A stretch of 48,569 nucleotides of DNA. Origin: Trichomonas gallinae (lineage: Eukaryota). This document shows positions 40,071 through 48,569 of the stretch, piece after piece (positions within the stretch are counted from its first letter, which is position 1; each line of letters begins with the position of its first letter). The notes under the pieces are model-generated. The model was given only the letters and a program-made list of their open reading frames with translations. It had not been told where the DNA came from and ran no database searches. The stretch spans positions 1-48,569 of the forward strand of contig MRSU01006998.1 of the NCBI GenBank assembly GCA_008369845.1, given 5' to 3'. The position numbers and the translations under genes are program-made.

Positions 40071-41024
40071 TTATTCCTTCTTCTCCTTATTAACATCCTG
40101 TGTCTTCTTTCTGAAGATTTCGTCGCTGGATCTTGTTGTAGCTTTGACGCCGAGGGCGTTTGCGCATTGTAATTCCATTGCTTCGACAAATGCATCAACA
40201 TCTGCGTATTCACTCTTCTTGTGTGCTGGGAGGCACTTGACGGTGACGTAGTTGAATGGCTGAGACATTCCGTACCAGAAGTATAACAAAGTGTTTGGTT
40301 CTGTCCAAGCAAACGAGTTCCATCCTTCTGGAACAAGCATGTTGTATCTCACAAGCATTGGCTGGACCTTATGCTCGCTAAGGAATGCGCCACGGTGGAA
40401 TTTAAGAAGAATATCGCCATTCGTGAGAGTTCCTTCTGGGAAGATGAGAATTGGTAAAAGTTCCTCGTTGTTTATATGGTCAACAATGACTTTTGTCATA
40501 CCGCCAGGCATATCTCTTCTAACATAAATCGGATCAATAATATCGTATACCCAGAACATTGGTGATTCCTTTAAACTGGCCTTCATGACAACAGAAATGT
40601 CACGAGTAACAGAAATGATCATTGGGTCTTGAAAAGCAGTGTGATTGCAGATAACTACTCTTGACTCTGGATCTATTTCTCCTTCTCTCTTGATCCAGAC
40701 GTGGTTGAAGACGATAAACAAGCAGCGGAAGCCTACTTGAACAATACGAAGTAATGGCCTCTTAAAATATTTTGGATTGATGCGTAAAAGGTATTGGAGG
40801 CGACGAAGTGTGCCAGCAATGAGGTTGCACAACATGAATCCACCAAAGCCGAAGACGGCTCTGATTGGACCCAAAGTAACAAGGAAGCAGATAATCTGAA
40901 AGATTGTCTGGCCTTTTGTGTAGTAAACAGGCTTAACTTGGCTGTTAAACTCTTCATCTGAAATATCGCTGAGCTTTGTTTGTTCGTGGAACTCTTTATG
41001 ATCCCTAGGAACAACAGAAAACAT
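40071..41024 (-). CDS. Lysophospholipid acyltransferase (LPCAT/AGPAT, PlsC family), 317 aa
   Basis: NHTAFQD (HxxxxD motif), IYVRR, LIFPEGT, FHRGAF, VQPMLVRY; N-terminal membrane segment. Confidence 0.92.
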   Translation of the reverse strand: MFSVVPRDHKEFHEQTKLSDISDEEFNSQVKPVYYTKGQTIFQIICFLVTLGPIRAVFGFGGFMLCNLIAGTLRRLQYLLRINPKYFKRPLLRIVQVGFRCLFIVFNHVWIKREGEIDPESRVVICNHTAFQDPMIISVTRDISVVMKASLKESPMFWVYDIIDPIYVRRDMPGGMTKVIVDHINNEELLPILIFPEGTLTNGDILLKFHRGAFLSEHKVQPMLVRYNMLVPEGWNSFAWTEPNTLLYFWYGMSQPFNYVTVKCLPAHKKSEYADVDAFVEAMELQCANALGVKATTRSSDEIFRKKTQDVNKEKKE

Positions 41025-41578
41025 AATTCTTGAAATATTGTCATTTTTTGGAAATTTGTCATCGTTATTTTACATGTCAAAAATACTTTACATTTCAGAA
41101 TATTTTCATTTTTAAATTTTCGAATTTTCGAATTTTTGAAATATACTATTTCTATTGGCGCCAGTAACGTCAACATTAGCATCTTTGTATCCTAATGAAT
41201 CTGAATTAACAATACCAGCTATTTTTTCATTTTCTCGAACATCAATCCTGAATAATGACAACTAGCTATTAAATAAATTGCGAAATCCGTATATTTGGGG
41301 TTCATTAGTGAAGAATTAGTCTATGATAGTATTTTTATAGATCCTTTGAATGAAGGCGAAAAAGAAAATACGAGTTCACATTCATATAAAACAAAATCAA
41401 TTCGATTTTACGATTTAGCTCATAAAGCGTATTCCAAAAACATAATAAAATAAAAAATTAACGATTGTGTCATTCAACTTTTATACGATTATTTTCAATT
41501 CAATAATAATCGTTTTCGAGAAATAAATTGATCGTAAATTAATGATAATTTGTTGTAAATCATATTTGTAATAGTAAC

Positions 41579-41887
41579 GCGCCCGTAAAATTGTGAACAT
41601 GTCACCTTTGGAATAAAAGTGTCGTTACCGTACAAACGATTATTTTGGATTCAAAATTTCAGTATAATTCAAAATGTAAATGATCATACATATTGTAATT
41701 TTGGTTTTTAATTGTGAGTATGTCACCTTTGGAATAAAAAATGCCATTAACATGAATACGATTATTTTAAATTCAAAATTTGTATAAGATTTAAATTTTA
41801 TATAATCATATATTGTATGATATTAGTTTTTTGAACGTTTTTGCATGCTTTTGCGCCCGTAATTATTCTTAGTATGTCACCTTTGAA
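41579..41887. repeat. Diverged duplication in the LPCAT/AEC divergent promoter region
   Basis: atgtcacctttg at 41599, 41720 and 41874; gcgcccgtaa twice; the first two units share about 120 bp. Confidence 0.7.
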
Positions 41888-42107
41888 CTATTTTTTTATT
41901 CTCCCTTTTTGAGAAAAAAAAATGATGAGATCGATTAAATGAATTGATTTAAGCATTGATCCATTTACTCTCATTATTACGAAAAAATTGATGGGAACCT
42001 ATCAAATTTTGCTATTAATTAAAATCCCAGCTGTATGACATGGATAAAACAAAACATAAAGATTTTAGTTTCTGAGCACTAAACGATTAAAAAAAAATTT
42101 AAGTGCA

Positions 42108-43112
42108 ATGGCCGACTATCTCCCTATTATCTGGGTTGGTCTTGCTCTTATCTTAGAAATTGCAATTGGCTTCGTATGTGTGAAATTCAGAATCCTCCCA
42201 AAAACATATCTTGCCCATGTAAATAAATTCGATTTTCGAGTTGTATTTATTCCTTTAATGGCAAGAGCATTTGCGATCAGAAATTTGTATACAATGAACT
42301 TTAAGCCATTATCAGCATGTATTTTGATGAGCTTAGCTACTCAAATTACACTTGCAATATTAATCTTCGCGATTCCGTTCGAAGATAGATTAGGCACATA
42401 CATTAGCATTCAGCTACCTGTTATCTATGTTAATTACGTTATTATTGGTATTCCTTTATTCAACTCCATCTGGGGTGAAGCGAACAATGCAATTACATCG
42501 GTTATTATTATGAGTAACGATATCGTCATTGTTCCTATCTATCAAATTCTCGCTGCTATCTGGAAAATTAGGAAGACAAATGAAGAAAGGCGCGAAAATA
42601 ATGAACCCGAGGAAAAGTTCTCTTATAAGATTGTTATAAGGGCATTTCTTAGCGTATTTAGATCTCCAATCATTCAGGGCATCATTATCGGTGTTATTTG
42701 GAGTCTTACAAAGCTCAAATTACCAATCTTCTTAGACAGATTGATGCTGATACTTGCACAGCCAATCGTAGCTCTTGCCCTTTTCTGTGTTGGTGGTTTC
42801 CTCGCACAACATTCATTGATTGCATGCAAATGGAGTGAATTCATTATTGCAATCGTCTGGAGATTTATTGTAATGCCTTTCTTCGTGATTCTTTTCGGCT
42901 GGCTAATGAAACTTTCAAATACTGAGATTAGACAGTGCTGCGCTATGGCTGCTGTTACCTGTGCCGTTGCTGTCTATCCAATGAGTATGGATACTGGTGT
43001 TGGAGCAGGCGTTGCCTCAACTATGATTTTCTGGACAACACTGCTTTGCGTTCCCTTCATTATTGCTTGGCTTTATACTCTTGATGCTCTCCACCTCTTT
43101 ATGGAGCATTAA
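42108..43112 (+). CDS. Auxin efflux carrier (AEC/Mem_trans) family transporter, 334 aa
   Basis: About 10 TM helices in two halves; NYVIIGIPLFNSIWG, SPIIQGIIIG, LALFCVGGFL, RFIVMP. Confidence 0.9.
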   Translation: MADYLPIIWVGLALILEIAIGFVCVKFRILPKTYLAHVNKFDFRVVFIPLMARAFAIRNLYTMNFKPLSACILMSLATQITLAILIFAIPFEDRLGTYISIQLPVIYVNYVIIGIPLFNSIWGEANNAITSVIIMSNDIVIVPIYQILAAIWKIRKTNEERRENNEPEEKFSYKIVIRAFLSVFRSPIIQGIIIGVIWSLTKLKLPIFLDRLMLILAQPIVALALFCVGGFLAQHSLIACKWSEFIIAIVWRFIVMPFFVILFGWLMKLSNTEIRQCCAMAAVTCAVAVYPMSMDTGVGAGVASTMIFWTTLLCVPFIIAWLYTLDALHLFMEH

Positions 43113-43667
43113 TTATAATGAGATTTTTCTCAGAACATATCATACTGAGGATTTTCCTAGTATGTTTATATATATTGTGTTCATTTAATTAAATCAAGTG
43201 ACATTTTACTAATCATTACTACCTTTTTCAATGCTAAATAACTAAAATATCTCAAAATACGATCGATATATTTATCACAAACAATGGAATTCGCTTATTT
43301 AATGAGACAAAAACGATCACTAACTATTATATAGTATAATAGATTAAATAAATTTTAGAAAAAATTATGAAAAATACAAAAATCACTAAATATTTTGTGT
43401 ATTTTTATAATAATTTTATTAAAAATATAAAAATTTTGAAATCTTAAAAATTTGTCAATTATTCTATAATATAGAGAAAATGATTTTTGTCGTTTAGTTT
43501 TTGTTTTTTGAGATAATTTAAAAAATTTCATTCCAAATATTCGATGTTTCGTTAGTAACTTGCTGGTATTATTTCAGGGTTCATTATTCTCTTTCGATAT
43601 CCAACGACTTCGAGATCTACTGAAAAAACGTCTTCGTTTTTTTTATTATAGACGTTTACATAGGAGA

Positions 43668-45542
43668 ATGAACACCCGCGACCAGGTTTTCTATCCATTG
43701 GAAACAATGTATAGAATTGGCGAGGGTGATTTTCACCATGTACACTACGACTTTTCATTTATACCGTACGAACAATACACAAGATTCTTTAATTCATTGC
43801 CAAATATTATTTACAAGAAAACAGAAAACATGAGACTGTCTTGCGACTTCGAATACATTTATTCAGAAAGGCAAAAAGATGTTAAGAAGCGAAATCCGAG
43901 AAAAGAACAGATTATTGAAGATTCCATTGCTGGAATCCGACCAAAATTTATGCCATACTTGATTAAAATTTTATCAAGAGTTTTACCAAGAACACGCACA
44001 TTAACAAACCTGCATATTTCCTCGATGAGAATTAAACCAGAATTATTGGAAACTCTCGCTGAAGCAATTGCTTCTTGCACCACACTGAAATCACTGCATT
44101 TCTCAAATACAGAACTTCCTCCTAAATTCGTTATCAAGTTATTAAGCAAAATATCTCCATATCAATACGTGAAATTATCTTTCAAAAACTGCGGATTAAC
44201 GAGCCACTCATATCCAGCATTCGAAAAATTCCTTCGTCGTCCTCCACAATCATCGACAGAGCAGAAAACTATTCGTCAGATCGTTATTACTGGATCAACG
44301 ATGACTGAAATCGAGTTAGACAACATCGACTACCTTCTCAACCCCGATGATGAGGAAGAGGAGTACATGGACAGCGGAGAAGAGGAAGATCAACAAATTC
44401 GCACAACCGTTACAAACACATTAGAAGGCCAGGTTTCCGAAGATTCAACCAGCGAGGAAATGTCACAACAAAAACAGAACAATCAGCCAGCTCAAGAAGA
44501 TGAATACGAATATGAAGAAGATGAACCACAAAAGCCAGCCGTTACTCCAAAATCTACTCAAAAGGCTAACAATGAGCCGAAGAAAGAACAGTTTCCAGTT
44601 GCAAACGCTCCAGCGAAATCTCAAGAAAAATCTCCAAATGAGCAACAAAAGAAAAAATCTCCACAGCAAATTAAGCAACAGGAATCGGAATACGAATACG
44701 AGGAGGATGATGAACCAATTCTTGTTCAAAAACAAGCACCAAAACAAATTACGCCACCAAAGAACCCACAACCACAAGAAGAATACGAGTATGAGGAAGA
44801 TGAACCTCAAATTATCCAAAAACAGCCAGAAAAGAAAGAATCACAAAAAATAATTCCTCAGGTTGCAGAACAAGATGAATATGAATACGAAGAAGACGAG
44901 CCACAGCCTGTTGCACAGAAGCAGCCGCAGCCAGTTGCACAAAAACAACCTGTTGTCCAACCCCAACAAGATGAATATGAGTACGAGTACGAAGAAGACG
45001 AAGCAGAGCCAGCGAAACCAGCTCCACAGCAGCAGCCGAAGCCAGCGCCTCAGCAAAACCCACAGCCAGAGTACGAATACGAAGAAGACGAGGAAGTTCA
45101 CCATTTCAAGAAGTCAGGAACAAGAACTCTTCACGACGAGTCATCAACCGACGAAGAAATCAAGGACCACATCCCACAGGACAACCAGGAGTACGAATAC
45201 GTGGACGAAGAAGAGGAGGAAGAGCCAGAGCCTCAGCCACAGCCCCAGCAAAAGCCAGCAGGAAGGGTCCAGCCTCCTAAGCTCGACATCCAGCCGGAAT
45301 ACGAATACGAAGAAGACGAGGAAGACGAACCAGAGAAGCCCCCTGTCAAGCAGTCTCCTCCACCTCAACAGCAGCTGCAACAACAGCAGCAGTTAGACGA
45401 GTATGAGTATGAAGAAGAGGAGGAAGAAGAAGTCGAAAGGCCAGTTCCAGTAAAACCGCAGCCAGCTGGTCCAAAAGCTCCTCTCGACGACTACGAGTAT
45501 GAATACGAGTATGAAGAGGACGAGAATAATAAGAAGCGCTAA
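43668..45542 (+). CDS. RNI-like LRR protein with a long acidic, Q/P-rich tail carrying about 10 EYEYEED motifs, 624 aa
   Basis: TLTNLHISSMRI, TLKSLHFSNTEL and KLSFKNCGL LRR units; likely ATG (MNTRDQ) at 43668. Confidence 0.8.
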   Translation: MNTRDQVFYPLETMYRIGEGDFHHVHYDFSFIPYEQYTRFFNSLPNIIYKKTENMRLSCDFEYIYSERQKDVKKRNPRKEQIIEDSIAGIRPKFMPYLIKILSRVLPRTRTLTNLHISSMRIKPELLETLAEAIASCTTLKSLHFSNTELPPKFVIKLLSKISPYQYVKLSFKNCGLTSHSYPAFEKFLRRPPQSSTEQKTIRQIVITGSTMTEIELDNIDYLLNPDDEEEEYMDSGEEEDQQIRTTVTNTLEGQVSEDSTSEEMSQQKQNNQPAQEDEYEYEEDEPQKPAVTPKSTQKANNEPKKEQFPVANAPAKSQEKSPNEQQKKKSPQQIKQQESEYEYEEDDEPILVQKQAPKQITPPKNPQPQEEYEYEEDEPQIIQKQPEKKESQKIIPQVAEQDEYEYEEDEPQPVAQKQPQPVAQKQPVVQPQQDEYEYEYEEDEAEPAKPAPQQQPKPAPQQNPQPEYEYEEDEEVHHFKKSGTRTLHDESSTDEEIKDHIPQDNQEYEYVDEEEEEEPEPQPQPQQKPAGRVQPPKLDIQPEYEYEEDEEDEPEKPPVKQSPPPQQQLQQQQQLDEYEYEEEEEEEVERPVPVKPQPAGPKAPLDDYEYEYEYEEDENNKKR

Positions 45543-45814
45543 CCAAGTACTTGTAATTCCATTTGTGTGATGTTTCATTATTTTTTTTGATAATATTTTT
45601 AAACTTTATTTTTGATAATCTTTAAGTATATAAGATTTCTACCCTCCTCTCCATTTATCAAAGATCAAAAATGAATTTTTATTTATATTTATTTTGAAAT
45701 TCTAAATTCAACGCAGCCAAATAATGAATATGACGAAGAAATTATCAAACTAGATTATTAACACATTCAAAATTAAATTCAAAATTGAAACCGAATATCA
45801 ACTGATCAAATTGA

Positions 45815-46150
45815 AATTTATAAAGCGTAATTTAATTTTATAACTCTATGTGATGCTATAGTAGAATTATTCAATATAAAGGGAATATTTCTCGAAAATC
45901 AAACAGCATAGGTGTATCAAGGAAAGAAATATAGAATATTGAGATAGAAGTTTATCGAAATATAATAGACTTCGAACGATTTTGGAAATTTATCAAATTG
46001 ATATATCTAGAGAATTGTAATCTTTAAAGCCTGAATTTATTATATGCATCTATATGATGCTATAGCTGAATTATTCAATATAAATTGAAAATTTGCTCGA
46101 AATTCAAACAATAAAAGCATATTAAAAAAAGAAATATAGAATGTTTAGAT
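45815..46150. repeat. Diverged direct duplication, period about 204 bp, upstream of the CEP104-like gene
   Basis: tctat(g/a)tgatgctatag..gaattattcaatataaa...ctcgaaa.tcaaaca...aagaaatatagaat starts at both 45845 and 46049. Confidence 0.75.
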
Positions 46151-46261
46151 GTAATACTATATAAATATGATAAATTTTGGATAACTATAAAATTAAGGTT
46201 ATATGATAAATGCAGGGTCCCCCCTTAAAATTTTGATATAACGTACTTTTCCTCAGAAAAG

Positions 46262-48211
46262 ATGAAGGCAGCTTCTTCGCTTGGTTATCAAGTCATCTCT
46301 TGCTCCAGCGAAGATCCAACCCATCCAGTGTCGTCAATCATCAACTCATCTATAAATTCGTCCGGCTGGCAATCAGCTCCTAACACTCGTTATCCATGTG
46401 ATTTCGTTATTGACTTGACTGCTGTCGTTGAGCTAGAAACTCTTCAATTCGTCAGCCATCAGTTCAAAATTGCAAATCGCGTTGACCTTTACGTCGCAAA
46501 AGCAGACAAAGAGTTTAAAGCTTTGGGATCGTTTAATTTTTCGAACAATGCGCACTCAAATTACACGTCTCGCGAACTAAAAAGCGCCACTCTCAACGGA
46601 ATCAAGGCGCAATACATCAAAATTGTTATTCCTGGCTGCCATGCGAATCCAAATAACCCAACAAATCAAGTTGGAATCGTTTCCTTCAATGTACTCGGCC
46701 GTGGTGGAGTACCTAAATCGTCTGTACCGAAATCAATGGGCGCAAACGGTTACGATCCTGATTCAAATGATATTCTCGATCAACTTGAGAGGCAGAAGCG
46801 CGAAGCAGTTGACAAAGAAGACTTCAAGCGCGCAGAAGTCCTCAAGAAACAAATAGAAAGACTAAGACGCGCGCATGATCAAGTTGTGATATTGCAACAG
46901 CAGAAGAAAGACGCGATTGCACGCGAAGACTTCGTCACAGCACAGAAATTGAAGGCAGAAATCGACTATTTATTAAACGGACAAGAACAACAACGCGAAC
47001 AACCGATTCAGAGTCAGCCTCCTCCACGACAAAGCATAAATCAGCAATCATTCCAATACCAGGATCAAGATATGTACCAAAACCAGCCACCGAACAGGAC
47101 ATCATTTAATATGCCTGATGACGACGACGAACAGCCAATACAAGCACGCAGACGTCAGCTACCAGCCACACAGAAGCAGCAGGCTCCACCGCCGGAAGAA
47201 CAACCAATCCCAAGAAGAGTTCGTCAATTAGAACCTGAGCCAGAGCCAGTTCAGCGCAGTTACGGCGAAGATAGGCGCCCCAAGAATGTCGATATTGCTG
47301 CTTTCGAGGCCTCAGCGCGCGAAGCAGAACCTCCAAGAAGAAATGTCAGACAAATCGACGGAGATCCAGACGAAAGACCAATACATCCATCAAAAGAAGG
47401 ATCTGGAGCACCAGCAGGTCCCAGCGGTGGCGGTGGTGGCGGTGGAAGAGACCTTCAAAAAGAACCAGATGAATTATCTGGCGCAAACAAGTCAGAAGCC
47501 GGCTGTTTGGTCGACATTGTTTCAGAAAAGTTAGTCGCCTGCTTCTTCAGCAAGGCCTGGAACTTGAAGATAGATGGAATCAAAGAAATAGCAAACAGAC
47601 TCGTCGGCGACAAAACTTTGTCCGGCCCTCAAAAAGCAGACGCTTTCTACAGATACTGCTACATCATGAGGCACCGCGTCGTAGAGGACCACAAGGCTGT
47701 CTTCGCTGCAAGTCTCGAGGGCATCAAGTTGCTTGGAGAAAAGCTCGGTTTATCAACAAATGATTTTTCGCGCGGAATTCAACAAGTTGTACCTAACCTG
47801 CAGCCTAAAATCGGATGCAGCCAGCAGATATTGTCTAAGCAGACATGTAAGTTCCTGAGATGGGTAGTATCCAAGGGCTGCGCGGACTGTGTCATCCCGA
47901 TGCTGTTGAAGAGTTCAAGCAAACCTCAGCAGTGGAAGGTTCCGCTTGCTCAGTTGTCGACGCTGCACAAGATAGTGCTAGCGAAGGAAGGAGACTATGC
48001 TTCATTAGGTTTGAGTCTCGATCAGATAATGAATTTCATTGTTCCGAACTTGGAGTCCGCTGCCAAGGAAGTTCGTGACGCTGCGATCGAGTTCGTGGTG
48101 ACAATGAACATACTTGTCGGAACAGCTGTCGAAAGATATATGGAAAAAGTTAACTCTAGAGTGCGAAAAGAAATAGATGAAAAGATTAAGGCTAGCCAGG
48201 AAGCTGAATAA
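46262..48211 (+). CDS. CEP104: CEP104/FAP256-like ciliary tip protein (jelly-roll + UVR coiled coil + TOG), 649 aa
   Basis: CSSED..HP...GWQS...YP...LQFVSHQFKIANRVDL...LG...FSNN..SNYTSRELKS...CHAN..NQVGIV; KREAVDKEDFKRA; TOG start CFFSKAWNLK. Confidence 0.88.
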   Translation: MKAASSLGYQVISCSSEDPTHPVSSIINSSINSSGWQSAPNTRYPCDFVIDLTAVVELETLQFVSHQFKIANRVDLYVAKADKEFKALGSFNFSNNAHSNYTSRELKSATLNGIKAQYIKIVIPGCHANPNNPTNQVGIVSFNVLGRGGVPKSSVPKSMGANGYDPDSNDILDQLERQKREAVDKEDFKRAEVLKKQIERLRRAHDQVVILQQQKKDAIAREDFVTAQKLKAEIDYLLNGQEQQREQPIQSQPPPRQSINQQSFQYQDQDMYQNQPPNRTSFNMPDDDDEQPIQARRRQLPATQKQQAPPPEEQPIPRRVRQLEPEPEPVQRSYGEDRRPKNVDIAAFEASAREAEPPRRNVRQIDGDPDERPIHPSKEGSGAPAGPSGGGGGGGRDLQKEPDELSGANKSEAGCLVDIVSEKLVACFFSKAWNLKIDGIKEIANRLVGDKTLSGPQKADAFYRYCYIMRHRVVEDHKAVFAASLEGIKLLGEKLGLSTNDFSRGIQQVVPNLQPKIGCSQQILSKQTCKFLRWVVSKGCADCVIPMLLKSSSKPQQWKVPLAQLSTLHKIVLAKEGDYASLGLSLDQIMNFIVPNLESAAKEVRDAAIEFVVTMNILVGTAVERYMEKVNSRVRKEIDEKIKASQEAE

Positions 48212-48482
48212 TTCTGCAACATTTAATTTTTAGAATGTGCTTGTAAATATTTATTGTGATTAATAAAAGTTGAGTATTATGGAATATTATATTACTTTAT
48301 GCCAATATGGAAACATGATACTAATACAATTTTCTATATTTAAAATTGAGCTGATTAAATTTCGCAATTTTGTTATGAAAGTCTATCATTTACTAATCAG
48401 TAACATAACAAATATTTGTAGGAAATAGGATTTATAATAAAAAATAATAATAATAAAAATATAAAATACTAATATATTAATC

Positions 48483-48569
48483 TTACTCAACCTTGAGGTT
48501 ATCTGGCATTTCCATTGCGACTGCCTGGAGAGCCTTGAATGCGGTGTTGATCTTTGTCATGTCGTATGT
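48483..48569 (-). CDS. 3' end of a gene entering from the right edge (...TYDMTKINTAFKALQAVAMEMPDNLKVE*)
   Basis: Open 29-codon frame with C-ending codon bias, ending at TAA (48483-48485). Confidence 0.65.
   Translation of the reverse strand, partial: TYDMTKINTAFKALQAVAMEMPDNLKVE

Noticed and set aside
46193..46228. TTAA-GG...CCCCCC-TTAA as a Kolobok-type mini-element or footprint
   Set aside because: Only 28 bp with 2-bp terminal complementarity; TTAA is common in this AT-rich DNA.

Overview
Eukaryotic, AT-rich, gene-dense, apparently intronless DNA, most consistent with a trichomonad parabasalid (Trichomonas vaginalis or a close relative). Evidence: DUF3447/ankyrin-type genes, Inr/M2/M3-like promoter motifs next to ATGs, and TAA stops embedded in TAAA poly(A)-type signals. 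The organism is inferred, not shown. About 25 complete protein genes are present. Well-supported calls: a cyclin, two ankyrin proteins, a divergent Ran-like GTPase, LAMTOR3-like, a saposin-like protein, a SHIPPO-repeat protein, TPR, a cathepsin B-like protease, an RmlC + epimerase/reductase fusion, WDR19/IFT144, an LPCAT-like acyltransferase, an AEC-family transporter, an LRR protein with EYEYEED repeats, and CEP104-like. Weaker calls: a FERM-like protein, a degenerate Ste24/M48-like membrane protein, a C2orf81-like protein, a large helical-repeat protein and a possible Mediator Med5/Med24. There are also two edge-truncated genes, several pseudogene relics and many short intergenic duplications. 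I found no rRNA, tRNA, CRISPR or intact transposon. The most striking non-coding signal is an 11-bp motif, TTTAC(A/G)NG(T/A)CA, usually followed by an A-run. It occurs near several gene starts and forms a 9-copy array with 42/41/42/26/31/30/31/25-bp spacing directly upstream of the putative Mediator gene. All family assignments come from motif recognition by eye and were not checked by database search. Many ORF-track starts (TTG/GTG) were moved to the first plausible ATG.
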